Positions 35,425 through 47,007 of a stretch of 64,000 nt of DNA are shown here, piece after piece. Source of the stretch: Bugula neritina (lineage: Eukaryota > Animalia > Bryozoa). The position numbers were made by a program, and so were the translations under genes. Below the pieces are notes generated by a model that was not told where the DNA came from, ran no database searches, and saw only the letters and a list, made by a program, of their open reading frames with translations. The stretch lies in contig OZ037770.1 in NCBI GenBank assembly GCA_964035545.1, positions 2,884,662 through 2,948,661 on the forward strand, written 5' to 3'. Within the stretch, counting starts at the first letter, position 1. Each line of letters starts with the position of its first letter.

Positions 35425-38400
35425 TCACATACGAAGTCCTTCAATTATGCGGGGGGTTGCCTCGTACGCTGTCCCCTTTCTAGGGGGGGGTGACACGCTT
35501 GCCGGTTCGTTAGTAGGGGCCTCTAATGGCGTCTCTACTTCGCCGTCAGCAGTCACCTCTTCTTGTTCTCCGGATGGAGCCCCTCCCTCCGTGGGGGTTT
35601 GCACTTCCGGAACCGGCTCGGTTTCTGGAAGTGATGGAATTAGACTTGGCGGTGGCGGACACGCTTCTGTTGACAAAAGCTGCCGCTCCTCTCTCACCAA
35701 GTTTTCTTCCCGCGGTATGACCACTTCGTATTCAGGTCCATGCCGCCGTCGCCCGCGCGTTGTTGTCTGCCTCCTGGGCTCTAACAACGGGGGGGCTTCT
35801 CCCACTCCGCCGGGGCTAGCCCAATACGGTTTCAAGCGAGACTCATTCTGGATAGATACCTGTCCTGAGCGCTCAATCTTGTACGTATGATTAGGCATAG
35901 CCTCGACAACCACGTAGGGGCCCACGAACTTAGGCTTCAGCTTATCAGCCTGTCCGCGGCGCCTACGGTAATTGACCATCCACACCTTATCTCCCCTCTG
36001 ATAGAGGGGTGGTTCATCGGAATCTTCGTGCCGCACCTTCCACTGCTGTTGGCGCAGTATATCGTGTGCGGCCTTCATCCGTTCCACTAGTTCACTGGCA
36101 TACTCGTGGACTGAGTTATCTTGCTCTGGAACGTGATAGGTGAGATGGTCGGGGACACGAGTCTCTCTCCCGAGCATCAAGAGGTTTGGGGTCTCGCCAG
36201 TACTGGTGTGTGGGGTGCTACGGTATGCACGCATGACTTGCGGCAACACCGTATCCCATTCCTCTTGACCTCGTCCAAGGAGGAGACTCCGGAGTGCATC
36301 ACCTAGCATCCGGTTGTTGCGCTCCACCACCCCGTTACCTTGAGGGTGGTAGGGGGTGGTCCTGCTCTGATTTACTCCCCAGAGGCGGCAAAGGTCGCTC
36401 ATCAGTTGAGACTGGAATTGAGCGCCTTGATCAGAGTGTATCTGTTCGGGGAGCCCAAAATAACAGAATACATGTTGGTCTAGCGCCCTGGCCACTGTTG
36501 GGGCTGATGCATCTGGGATAGCCAGAGCATCCGCCCACCTAGTAAAGTGGTCGGTTAGTACTAGGATCCAATTATTGCCTCTGGGGGTCAGGGGCATGGG
36601 TCCGACCAGGTCTACAGCGACTACTTGCCAGGGCCTACCAGCGTATAGCCTCCGCCGTCCTGCTTCACCAGGGGGGCGGCTATGCTTACTGGCCTGGCAG
36701 ATCTCACACTGTTTGACTCTGAGCCGGACATCACGCTCCATTTGTGGCCAATACCACCGAAGTCGTAATTTGGACATCACTCGCTTGACCCCTGCGTGGG
36801 CCTGTTTGTGAGTATCCCAAATCAACTCACGGCGGATGGCTGTGGGGCAGACCACCCTCTTCCTTTCCGGGTGTCTGCCGCTGGCAGCTAGAGAGATGGT
36901 TAGTAACCCATCCTGCCCGATCCGCAGCGAGTCCCAACGCTGACAGTATAGCCGGAACTCGGCGCATCCCTGTCGTATGCGTTCCTCGCTGGGTCGTCGC
37001 CCTTCCCTTTTGGCCTGGTATATGTCTGCCACGACTCCAGGCAGCTCTTCTTGGAGCTTCTTCAGCTCTCGAACATTACCGGCCAGTACAGGGTTGGCGC
37101 GGAGGTTTTGTACATCCTCCGGGGACTCATCAACTCTTTGCCTGAGTTGACCTTGATCCCAGTCAAACGGTGCTCCGTGATGAGCCAGCGTCTCCAACTC
37201 GCATCGTGGGGGACCTCCATCCCTCCTCTCGATGTTGAGACACTGTTTGCAACCTCCGTCAGATCGACGACTCAACCCATCCGCATTGCTGTGTCTCTTG
37301 CCCGGTCGATGTTCGATCCGGTATGAGAATTCAGCTAGGATTTCGAGCCACCTGGCGACCTGACTAGAGGGCTCTGCTCTCCTGCACAACCAGATCAGCG
37401 AGGCATGATCCGTACGCAGCCGGAACTTCCTGCCATATAGGTATGGTCTGAAGTGCTTCACTGACTTGATTACTGCCAGCAGCTCCTTGCGGGTAGTGCA
37501 GTAATTTCGTTCAGCGGGTGAGAGAGACTTGCTGTAGTAGGCTACTACTACCTCTCGGCCTTCCTGCACTTGTGACAGCACAGCGCCAACATTCTGGTCA
37601 CTGGCGTCCGTGTCTAGGATGTACTCCAGAGTGGGGTCTGGGTAGGCCAAGATGGGCGCCGTTAGTAGGCAGCCCTTGAGGCGGTCGAACGCTTCTTGTT
37701 CGACTGGAGTCCACTGCCACGTCACTCCCTTTGCGGTGAGCCGGTTTAACGGCTGGGCTATGCCCGCAAAGTCTGGTATGTATTGCCTGTAATACCCTAC
37801 CAGCCCCAAGAAAGCCCGGAGTCCGGTCAAGTCTTGGGGGGTGACCCAGTCTTCTACTGCCCGTACCTTTTCGGGATCCGTTGCCACGCCGTTTCGACCG
37901 ACAACGTGCCCCAGGTACTTGACCTCCGGCTGCAATAGAGCGCACTTGGAAGGTTTGAGCTTAAGACCGGCACCTCGGAGTCTCTCGAAAACCTCCTGCA
38001 GACGACTGACATGTGTCTCAAAGTCTGGAGAGATTACGATGACATCATCGAGGTAGACCAGCAGTGTCTTCCAATGGAGTCCGCTAAGGACTTGTTCCAT
38101 CAGCCTCTGGAAGGTGGCTGGGGCGGAGGTTAACCCGAAGGGCAGCACCTTCCACTTCCACAAACCGTCCCGTGTGATAAACGCCGCTTTCTCTTGGGCG
38201 TCGGGACTCAGAGGAACCTGCCAATAGCCGCTTAGCAAGTCTAACGTACTGAAGTACTTGCTGCCGGCTAGGGCGTCCAATGACTCGTCAATACGAGGTA
38301 GAGGGTAGGCGTCCTGTATGGTTACGCTATTGAGTTTGCGGTAGTCCACACAGAACCGCCAACTGCCGTCTTTTTTCCGGACCAGTACGACTGGCGAGCT

Positions 38401-39828
38401 CCACGCACTATGGGCGGGCTCTATCAGTCCCCGGTCCAGAAGATCCCGTACTTGTCGGCTAACCTCCTTCTCTTTCTCCGGCCCCAGCCTGCGCGTGGGC
38501 TGCCGGACAGGGACTGTCCCTGCAGTCAGCGGTATTTCGTGTCTGACAATTCCAGTCAGTCCCACGTCATGCTCTCCGCTGCTGAACACATCACCGTAGT
38601 CGCGTAGTAACTTAGCCATAGCTTGGCGTTCCCTGTTACTCGCGCAGCCGCCACTGGCTGTTTCATATAACTCCCGGAGATGTGTTGGGACTGCCCCTCG
38701 TCCCTGAATAGGGTGTCGAGGGAGTGCCTCTGTCGCATCATCCAGCGACGGGCCTACGTCTCCCTCCTGAACAGAGTGAAAACGGCCCAGCATCGACCCA
38801 GCCGGGAGCTTGATAGGCTCGGTAAAGGGGTTGACGCACTGCACTAAGATCTCCCCTTGCTCAGTCAGCTGATTCAGACTGCTGGCAAGTTGGATCTTTT
38901 CGTGCGCGCTTTCAACCACCCCGAGTCCAGAGATCCGGCTACTATTCACCCTGCAGTGAATGGTAGCCCGGGAGCGGCCTGGTATGGTACGGTTGCGTAC
39001 CACTTGCACACCTCCCACTAAAGGGCGGCCGAACTTGTCGACGCAGGCGAGTTCCCGCCCGGACATCATCATTGCAGATCTGCTAAAATCTATGTGACAT
39101 CCGTGCCGTTTAAGGAACGGCATCCCGAGGATAGCATCCTCCTTGAGCTGACTGACGATGAACGTCTCTTGGATCGTTTGATCGCGGACTCGTCCCGTCA
39201 GCTCAATTATACCATAGAAGGGAAGGCACGACCCGTCAGCTAGGGTGCCGTATTCCCCTTCGTATGCTTCCATCTCGCCCCTGACCCTAGCACTGAGGGT
39301 GTCGAAGAGTTGGCGGCTTAAGAGGTTTGTGGTACAGCCCGAATCAATGAGAAAAGTAACAGCTTTGCCTTCCAGTTTACCGGGCAAGAAATAGCTGTTC
39401 CCATGGGGCTGCACCTGAACTCTCCCTTCAGGCCTTACTCTCGCAGGGAGTACCTCCCTCGCTTTGGGTCGCGAAGGAGGTCTCTTGGGGCGGTGATAGG
39501 TAGGCCTCGGGGGTGCCGAGGCTAGATTCTCAGCTACCTTTGTGTGCTCCCATCCAGATTCTTGGACTTGTAGTCCTGTGAATCTGTTGTGAAGGGGCAT
39601 AGAAAAGGCAGCCGCGGGGCGAAGCCCCTTGCTGGTCCGTCGTGGCTGTTGCCACTGTTGGTTGCCAGTACGCGGTACCCGTCTGGGTGACCTGCGTTTC
39701 TTCTTCCCTGGAGGTTTCATCGTCGGCCCGCGGAAGGTGGGAACATCTGCGGGCCGCGGTAGTTTAACCCCTGATTTAGGAAGGGACAATATCGGCGGAA
39801 ATGTCCTTGGTTTCCGCATTCCCAGCAA
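35425..39828 (-). CDS. pol: Pol polyprotein (protease, reverse transcriptase, RNase H, integrase)
   Basis: LIDSGC, RFCVDYRKLN, LPFGL, YLDD, TDAS, HHCC, DLVGP, SDQG, VERNN, and a GPY-like motif (FVGPY). Domain order is that of Ty3/Gypsy. Confidence 0.97.
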   Translation of the reverse strand: MLGMRKPRTFPPILSLPKSGVKLPRPADVPTFRGPTMKPPGKKKRRSPRRVPRTGNQQWQQPRRTSKGLRPAAAFSMPLHNRFTGLQVQESGWEHTKVAENLASAPPRPTYHRPKRPPSRPKAREVLPARVRPEGRVQVQPHGNSYFLPGKLEGKAVTFLIDSGCTTNLLSRQLFDTLSARVRGEMEAYEGEYGTLADGSCLPFYGIIELTGRVRDQTIQETFIVSQLKEDAILGMPFLKRHGCHIDFSRSAMMMSGRELACVDKFGRPLVGGVQVVRNRTIPGRSRATIHCRVNSSRISGLGVVESAHEKIQLASSLNQLTEQGEILVQCVNPFTEPIKLPAGSMLGRFHSVQEGDVGPSLDDATEALPRHPIQGRGAVPTHLRELYETASGGCASNRERQAMAKLLRDYGDVFSSGEHDVGLTGIVRHEIPLTAGTVPVRQPTRRLGPEKEKEVSRQVRDLLDRGLIEPAHSAWSSPVVLVRKKDGSWRFCVDYRKLNSVTIQDAYPLPRIDESLDALAGSKYFSTLDLLSGYWQVPLSPDAQEKAAFITRDGLWKWKVLPFGLTSAPATFQRLMEQVLSGLHWKTLLVYLDDVIVISPDFETHVSRLQEVFERLRGAGLKLKPSKCALLQPEVKYLGHVVGRNGVATDPEKVRAVEDWVTPQDLTGLRAFLGLVGYYRQYIPDFAGIAQPLNRLTAKGVTWQWTPVEQEAFDRLKGCLLTAPILAYPDPTLEYILDTDASDQNVGAVLSQVQEGREVVVAYYSKSLSPAERNYCTTRKELLAVIKSVKHFRPYLYGRKFRLRTDHASLIWLCRRAEPSSQVARWLEILAEFSYRIEHRPGKRHSNADGLSRRSDGGCKQCLNIERRDGGPPRCELETLAHHGAPFDWDQGQLRQRVDESPEDVQNLRANPVLAGNVRELKKLQEELPGVVADIYQAKREGRRPSEERIRQGCAEFRLYCQRWDSLRIGQDGLLTISLAASGRHPERKRVVCPTAIRRELIWDTHKQAHAGVKRVMSKLRLRWYWPQMERDVRLRVKQCEICQASKHSRPPGEAGRRRLYAGRPWQVVAVDLVGPMPLTPRGNNWILVLTDHFTRWADALAIPDASAPTVARALDQHVFCYFGLPEQIHSDQGAQFQSQLMSDLCRLWGVNQSRTTPYHPQGNGVVERNNRMLGDALRSLLLGRGQEEWDTVLPQVMRAYRSTPHTSTGETPNLLMLGRETRVPDHLTYHVPEQDNSVHEYASELVERMKAAHDILRQQQWKVRHEDSDEPPLYQRGDKVWMVNYRRRRGQADKLKPKFVGPYVVVEAMPNHTYKIERSGQVSIQNESRLKPYWASPGGVGEAPPLLEPRRQTTTRGRRRHGPEYEVVIPREENLVREERQLLSTEACPPPPSLIPSLPETEPVPEVQTPTEGGAPSGEQEEVTADGEVETPLEAPTNEPASVSPPPRKGTAYEATPRIIEGLRM

Positions 39829-40670
39829 AAACTGACTGTTTCTCCCTGTGGCGGCGCCGATGGCCGCATGGGCTCAGGGGCGGTACTCACTGGGTTTTGT
39901 GGTGTCAGTGTTGCTATCAGCTTGGCTAGCATGTCCGTCAGTTGAGTGACTTTTGATGCCGTCGCCAACTGGGACACGGCAGCCGCGGCGGGGGTTTCCT
40001 CCCCTTGTCCCGCGGCCGCGTCTGCGCGGTCTATCTCCACTTGGCGGGAGCTTCCGCGGCTTTTATGCATTTGATTAGCTAGGAGGTAAGCTTCCCCCTC
40101 AGTCAGAGCATCTTCAACGGTGGTGACTCCCCTAGCTAGAAACTGGTGGTGGAGACCCAGATCGTCGACAGATGCTATGAAAGCGTCGAGGGTGTACCTC
40201 TCGCGGTTGACTGGGGGCAAGTCGCTGTACGCGATCTGTGCCAGCTTCATGACCGCGGCGGCATGCTCCCGCAGCGGGGTGCGGGGGTCACGCCGCAACC
40301 TCTGCAATCGGGCCCTGGCATCTGTAGCAGAGAGGCCAAAGCGGGCCCGCAGAGAAGCAAAGATATTATCAATGTCTACGCCCAGCCCATAGGGCTTGGC
40401 TTTGTCCATCAATGCCATTCTAAGCTTCAGCAAGGCCACCCTAGGGGGCCACTGAGCGACGTCCATTACGTCGCTAAACTCTTGGATAAATTGTTCCACC
40501 TCCTCTTCACCCGTGAAGGTGGGCGCCTTTAACCTGTAGCGGTCCTCAGCTAGTTCTCGCGGAACCCTTCGCTCTTCTACTACATGGTTAACAGGCATTG
40601 TCTCTACAGCATTGTCTCTACGCTCACCTTCGATTGCCGGTGGTTGAGTTCCAGCATTTTCAGTCTCCAT
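39717..40670 (-). CDS. gag: Gag (capsid + CCHC knuckle), element 2
   Basis: 317 aa; CWECGNQGHFRRYC. Overlaps pol, with a GTTAAAC slippery site at 39768-39762. Confidence 0.94.
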   Translation of the reverse strand: METENAGTQPPAIEGERRDNAVETMPVNHVVEERRVPRELAEDRYRLKAPTFTGEEEVEQFIQEFSDVMDVAQWPPRVALLKLRMALMDKAKPYGLGVDIDNIFASLRARFGLSATDARARLQRLRRDPRTPLREHAAAVMKLAQIAYSDLPPVNRERYTLDAFIASVDDLGLHHQFLARGVTTVEDALTEGEAYLLANQMHKSRGSSRQVEIDRADAAAGQGEETPAAAAVSQLATASKVTQLTDMLAKLIATLTPQNPVSTAPEPMRPSAPPQGETVSFCWECGNQGHFRRYCPFLNQGLNYRGPQMFPPSAGRR

Positions 40671-40682
40671 CTTGGATGCACT

Positions 40683-40700
40683 ATCCCACCGCTGCCACCA
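40683..40700 (-). promoter_or_regulatory. Primer-binding site (tRNA-Leu)
   Basis: Same 18-mer as in element 1. Confidence 0.9.
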
Positions 40701-40701
40701 C

Positions 40702-41006
40702 TGTTAAGATTTTCAGTTTTAGGGTTGATGTGCTATCCAGAGAGTCTATTTATTTACTATAGAACTGCACCAGGATAAGTCGAGTGAACGAGTATATTTT
40801 ACACACAACTATACATTATAAAAACGATACATTATTTCCAAACAAGTTACACATCTAATCTATTTCACACTCTAGCTTCGACTGAGTTAGCAGCGGGAAA
40901 CTACAATTGCTGCTAACTATCAACTACGCTAATTGGCTATCCATTGTTCCGGGTCAATTACGCGACCCTACATGTTGTGCTGCTGGTAGTTCCACGAACC
41001 ACCACA
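40702..41006 (-). repeat. 5' LTR of element 2
   Basis: TGTGGT...TTAACA on the minus strand. Confidence 0.97.
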
Positions 41007-44000
41007 ATATAAAACTTAACTACACAACCCACACTCACAGGCACTTGTTTATGTTGAGATTGTCATTTTCACTGGTACACTAACACTAACAGTAACAGTA
41101 ACACTACATCCTAGTAACGGTAAGTCACTAACTGTAACACTAACAGTGTAAGTGTTACACTTAGTGATTAGCTATTAATTTAATAATTATAGCATAAGTA
41201 TTACTATTAGTTGTACTACGATCTATAGTATTAGTAATGATTATAAGTTATAGTAATGCCCAACTCAAATATCAATATGAATATCGATATTCATTTGCAC
41301 AATAATATGAAGGAAACTAGAACAAATGTTGAAAACGGAATCAATAGTTTTACCCAATACTGTAAAGTTACTATTGGAAAAGCAACCAATTGCAGCGTTA
41401 TAGTTTTTTCCAAGAAGGCACAACTCAATTTGTATACTAGCACGTGACTCCTTTGTAATAGCCTTGCGACCACCCAGTGTGATAATATTATTGTTAAATT
41501 ACCACATTCTGCCAATGGAAACTAATCACCATCAAACTAGCTAGGCTCGGATTCCTGGCTTTTATTTTTTCAATGAATGAAAATGAAAGTCGTTGTCGAA
41601 GAGTCAGACTTGTTGAACTAATGTTAACGTTTTCACAAAGGAAAAGTTCTCGCCAAATGATAGTGTAAGATGGAAGATTGCGCATAGTAAATCAGCCTAA
41701 TAAGTAGTCTATATGTATTTTTGCACTTTTAGTTAGTTAATTTTAGTATTTTTGCATTCTGGAATTAATTTACCCAATTCACAATTGAGTTCTAAATACT
41801 TATACTTATACTAGTTAATAGTTATACTCGTTGTGGTATAATTTTGTTTTATTTTAAAGGTAAATCCCAGTCTAAATAGTAAATATCAATCTGTAATCAT
41901 AATGATGTTTGATAATCATTGTGATAATCATTATACTAGATTTATCAATTTTAATTATTATATTTATAATAATCATTGTCTATCTGGGCCTGGGATGACA
42001 CCAATGATAGTTCATAGTTGTATTTATACTAATAATTATAATATATTTGGAATTAGTATAACTATAACTATAAGTTAATGTATAAGTAATAATTATAGTA
42101 GTAACACTTGTAATCAATCTCATAGTCATACTCAAACTGGTAGCCTACAGTCGTACTGACAGTGATACTCATAGTCATACTACTCATACTAATGCTATTA
42201 CTAAGTCTAGTACTAGTAGTTTAGGGTGCAGGTTATTTTGTACACAAGTCATTTCGTAAACAACCATATAAATTAACTAAAATACATGTTTTTTTTATAT
42301 GTTTTTGACATTTACTTGTTATTAAGGTTTAGGGTTGATTCATTTTTCATTTTGTGTACAGAAATTTGTGTAGGAGTCGCCAGGAACCCATACTATAATA
42401 CTAATACTAACAGTGATATTATTACTATTAGTAATACTAATAGTAATAGAAATGCTATTACTAAAGCTAATTAGTAATACACATGCTAATAACAATGGTA
42501 ATAGGAGTACATTTAGTTTTATTATGCTTATATCCAAAACTAATAGTAGTACTAATAGTAATGCTAATAGTCATAGTGGCGCTTATAACTTAAACTATAA
42601 CTATAAGTAACAAAAGTTGTAGTAGTTAGTCACAGTGAGTATGGCTGTCCTATGACTTCTCTTTTATAATTATATAATATAGGCTGTAGAGTTATGGTTT
42701 AAATTATACTCACATTCAGCTTTACTAATTAATTTTATTGAAACTTGCTCTATCAGTATTACTATGCATGCATGATAATAATTATGCTAATAGTTGTAAC
42801 ATCAACTAGTCTTCTGTAGTGATAGTAAATGTTAGTTAATTGACTAGAAGTAAAATAATAATTTTACCTTACAGTTAAAACTTCTAACTCACATTAATAT
42901 CAAATATGTTTTATGATTATTATTGTAAGTTATCAAATGTAAAGATATATTTGAAATAAAAGTGACAGGTACACCCAGTCTCATGTGATAAGTTGCATTA
43001 TTCTAAAATTAGACCTTAACTTTTTTATAGCGGCTATGCACTTGATAGTATTGTAGTGCAATAAATCTAAACTCTAGAGACATGTAAATTGTCAGTCATT
43101 TTTCATGATTGTTCAAGTTTGTATAGTAAATTTATTATTTTTAATAGTATTATTTGTTACAAATTCAATTTTTAGCCACTACTTTACTATACAAAAACTC
43201 ACGGAAATTTAAAGTCGCCATTTATGCGAGAAAGCGCTAAGGACAAGGTTTTTTGTTAAATAGGGCTAAGGACTTATTCAAATGGGGCACAGGAGCAATT
43301 ATGACTGGATACTTTTCCTAACTTCATCAATGGCCTTTGTCGGGTTTAAACCCATGACTTTTTGTTTACTAAAAAAACACTTTAATCCCTAGACCTCCTA
43401 GTTACTACTTTAATATGACGTATGATATCTCAATCAAATGATGCGCAAATTTTAATAACACTATTTGAATTACAATAACTAGCATAATGTGGCATTTAGC
43501 ATATTTATGTGTTTATTAAATAAATCATTAGGAAATTCTCAGACAGGTGGTATTAAATTACTTTCTCCTGGTAGATGTTTATCTGTTTTGAAATTTTATT
43601 CATTTTTTTACTTTTTATGTGAAATTTGATTTTTACAGTTTTAAATAACTATTTGTTGAGCTTGAAGGATATTATTTCATAGGAATAATGAGTTTTCTGA
43701 ATCAAAAATTAGTAGTTAAGTTCAACATTTACATAAGTCTAGCATTCTGACTGTATTATTTATTTTATAGTAAAAGTTGACATCAACTTGACATTGAATA
43801 GCACCACCTCAGCTAATGAGTAGAAATGATTTTCACATCAATCTATGTATTCTGTTTTTACCAGAGAGAGACTTTCTAATGTGTCTAATTTCATGGAATA
43901 AACTCTATGGACCAACGAACACCATGCTTTAACTGAAAGTTGTGAAATAGGAAGAGTATTTTTGTATGTTTGAACTTCTACCTTTTTGTAGCAGTTAGAA

Positions 44001-44141
44001 TATTATATTCTGATTTTATTGTTTAGGTTTTTCTTATAGGTGACTTTGAGCTTAAACCCTCAGGGTTAATTTTTTTTTAAAAATATGTTTGACCCAAACC
44101 TAACTTGTTTATTTTAATTATTTCTTGAACCAGATGATGTG

Positions 44142-46994
44142 ATGAGTGGACGAGATATTGAGAGAAACTATGAGACTGAGAGGGAAGTTAAGACGAGACG
44201 TAAACGTGAGCAGGAAGAATGGGCTCGTCACGTAAGTTGAGTTTACTTGTCAGACATGTTCTGTTTACCAGCTTAGTTTGTATTATATATTACTAGTTAT
44301 ATGTTATATTATATATTACTAGTTATATGTTTATATTATATATTACTATTTATATGTTATATTATATATTACTAGTTATATGTTTATATTATATATTACT
44401 ATTTATATGTTATATTATATATTACTAGTTATTTGTTATATTATATATTACTAGTTATATGTTTATATTATATATTACTAGTTGTATGTTATATTATATA
44501 TTACTAGTTATATGTTATATTATATATTACTAGTTATATGATTATATTATATATTACTAGTTATATGTTATATTATATATTACTAGTTATATGTTATATT
44601 ATATATTACTAGATAATACAGTGAGTTATAGTATGTATAGCTTGAGATCTAAAGTTAGTCACAGACTATGCAGGGTACTCAGGCTATATTCTGTGACACT
44701 GATTCACTGTTGTAGGGTGGCTATATGAACGCTAAGGTACAGAAACTAATCAACAAGTACGACTCTGATAAATCTCGTGAAAACCATGAATCTCAGTCTA
44801 AACTGTTTGAAAACGTTGCTATTTTTGTCAACGGTTACACAAGTTAGTCATAGAACTTTGGTATCAAAAGTAGGGGGTGTGTATTCACCTCTCGTACTGA
44901 AAAGATCTATGGAATGAGACTATTATCGGACATTATATAAAGGATTCTCACATACATACATGTATACTTTATATTCAATGATGAAATCAACTTTCTGAAC
45001 TCAAACTGGTATATAATTTACATATGAAGGAAGTAACTCTGTGTGGAAGGAATTTTTATTTAAAGAAATTTATGTAGACCATTCAGTATGCAGTATTTCT
45101 AGTCTTGTTTTGATTTAGATTTTTATATTCTAATTTTGTGGTATAATTACTGAGTTTGGAGTTAGAGTTGCACCAGAGAGGTATGATAATAGAAACTGTG
45201 ACTCAGTACAGAGTAACAGTGGTCTACAGTTAGTGTAGCCTTAGAACTTGTTTCTATACAGAATTGTAATTGAATATATAAACCTGTACTCTGTACTATG
45301 CTGTGATAATTTCAACATAGTAATTGAGAGAATAACTATTGTATTGTATCTTTTAATAACATGCTGAAATGAAAATAGATTCAAAACATTTTACTAAACT
45401 TCGAGTGGAATAGAAATTCACTGCTGATTTTTTTTCTTGTTTTATCAACATTCTGGTATATTTCTAGTTTACTATTTGCTATGATTTATTTGGATTGTCT
45501 TTAGTAACTATTGTATTTGTAGAGCCTAGTTTTGATGTGCTGAGAAATTATATGATTGAGGGTGGGGGTAGATTTGAACACTACTACTCCGCAACACGAG
45601 TCACTCACATTGTAGCCACCAGTCTAGCTCTTAGCAAACAGAAACTCTTTGCTGATAAAAAAGTGAGAAATTGAAAAGTTGTTTCTCTTTATTCACTCAT
45701 TTCCTGTTTAATCTCTCGCTATTTTTTTCTATTCAACTACTTTTACTAATCATTATTTATTCACTTTTACTCCTTCACTGAGTGCTGAGATTGAGTCAGC
45801 TGTTTTTCCAGGTGGTGCTGCCTTCTTGGATTACCGACAGCGTGAAGAAGAATTCCCTCCAGCCATACGAGAAGTATCTGCTGTTGAAAAGAAATAAAAT
45901 AACAAACTTCTTCACCAGCCGGGAGTCAGCACCCTGGACAGGAAGTGATGTCATAGATTCTTTAGGTAAGAGTCAGCGTAATACAAAATGCTGACTGTCA
46001 ATATCAGAGCTTCATGTACCTCTTTAGTCATGTGAGTTTAGTATATGTATTTCTCTACTTCCTACTACTCAGCTCTCCTATTGGACAAGTAAAGCATATT
46101 CTCTAGATTATCTGAACAAATGAGCAGCAGAATCTCACGGTTGGGTTTTGAATGAGTAGTTTTATTCTGTGGGAAGACAATTCTCAAAACCCACAGCCTC
46201 TCTTTCATGATTCATCTCTCCATACCATGTAATTATATAATATACAGTCATGTGATCTGCACATGTAACTTGTCTCATATGTATGTCTCAACGTGCTGTA
46301 GAGATCAATGATGTAGCAGAAGATGCTCCTCAGTCCTCCACTTCCAAAGAGCTCTACAGCTCCACGACTGAAAATCTGTGAGTTTATTTGTAACTACTTC
46401 ACTGATTAGTGCTGTGACGGTCTTCAATTTAGGAGATGTACTGTGAATATTGTCATTGTCTTCTGTAGCCCAGGTACCACTATTCAGGAAGAGCAGTCAA
46501 GGAAGGGTGGCAAATCTTCGACCCTCAACATGCTCAGTGCTGATCAACCTGGTTTTGTGGTTGAGTTTTACGGAAACTCCCGCCTACACCATCTCTCTGA
46601 ATGGAGGACTCAGCTGAAGGATCTGGTAGACATATGAGAGTATTCACTCTTCCTCCTAGTACTGTGATATGTTATTCTATGTCTTGTATAATACCATCTT
46701 ATCCAACACTATTCCAGTATAAAATAGGTGTGACAGTTGACTTAGCATCAAACTATACAAAACATAGCCTCTGATTCCTTCCACAGGTCAATGAGATCAG
46801 AGCAGATCCAGAACACAGGCTAACTGGAAGAGACCATCTCGTCCACAAGTACCTAGACAGTAGCAAACCTAGCTCGTCACCTCTCGCACTAGAGTTATCT
46901 TCACATAACAAGTCTACTAGTTCTGTGTACATGCACATAGACATGGATTGCTTCTTTGTCAGCGTTGTGTTGAGGCAGCATTCAGAGTTGAAAG
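44142..46994 (+). CDS. REV1: DNA repair protein REV1, 5' part only (7 coding exons, ~317 codons: BRCT, N-digit, start of Y-family catalytic domain)
   Basis: Exons 44142-44231, 44716-44842 (GGYMNAKVQKL...VAIFVNGYT), 45523-45662 (THIVATSL), 45812-45965 (WITDS), 46302-46377, 46469-46625 (FYGNSRLHHLS) and 46787-46994 (MHIDMDCFFVSV). All are GT-AG and phase-compatible. Confidence 0.93.
44272..44612. repeat. ~26-bp AT-rich minisatellite (TTATATTATATATTACTAGTTATATG)n
   Basis: About 13 tandem copies in a REV1 intron. Confidence 0.95.
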
Positions 46995-47007
46995 GTCAGG
47001 ATGAGGG

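Larger units (their letters stand above)
33502..41006 (-). mobile_element. Full-length Ty3/Gypsy LTR retrotransposon (element 2, 7505 bp): gag, pol (PR-RT-RH-IN), ORF3
   Basis: Identical 305-bp LTRs, ATAT TSD (33498-33501, 41007-41010), tRNA-Leu PBS at 40700-40683, PPT next to 33807. Confidence 0.98.
30169..41066 (-). pseudogene. 2-oxoglutarate/Fe(II)-dependent dioxygenase (IPNS-like, DIOX_N + 2OG-FeII_Oxy), probable pseudogene
   Basis: Exons 41066-41039 (tentative), 33221-33037 (PVIDF...GFICLVNTGI), 32754-32569, 32295-32100 (RVNFYP), 31757-31672 (GEHSDYG, HxD), 31524-31411 (VNIGD) and 30363-30169 (KHRV, RVS). Phases are consistent. In-frame TAA at 32727-32725 and at 41051-41049. Confidence 0.85.

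Noticed and set aside
24576-40778. Numerous antisense or alternate-frame ORFs inside the two retroelements
   Set aside because: They are expected shadows of GC-rich coding sequence, and I saw no independent start or motif conservation.
32725-41051. Three in-frame TAA codons (dioxygenase x2, Pol tail) suggesting TAA reassignment
   Set aside because: The 1350-aa and 1467-aa ORFs and the REV1 exons contain no internal TAA. Ordinary nonsense mutations explain the three cases.
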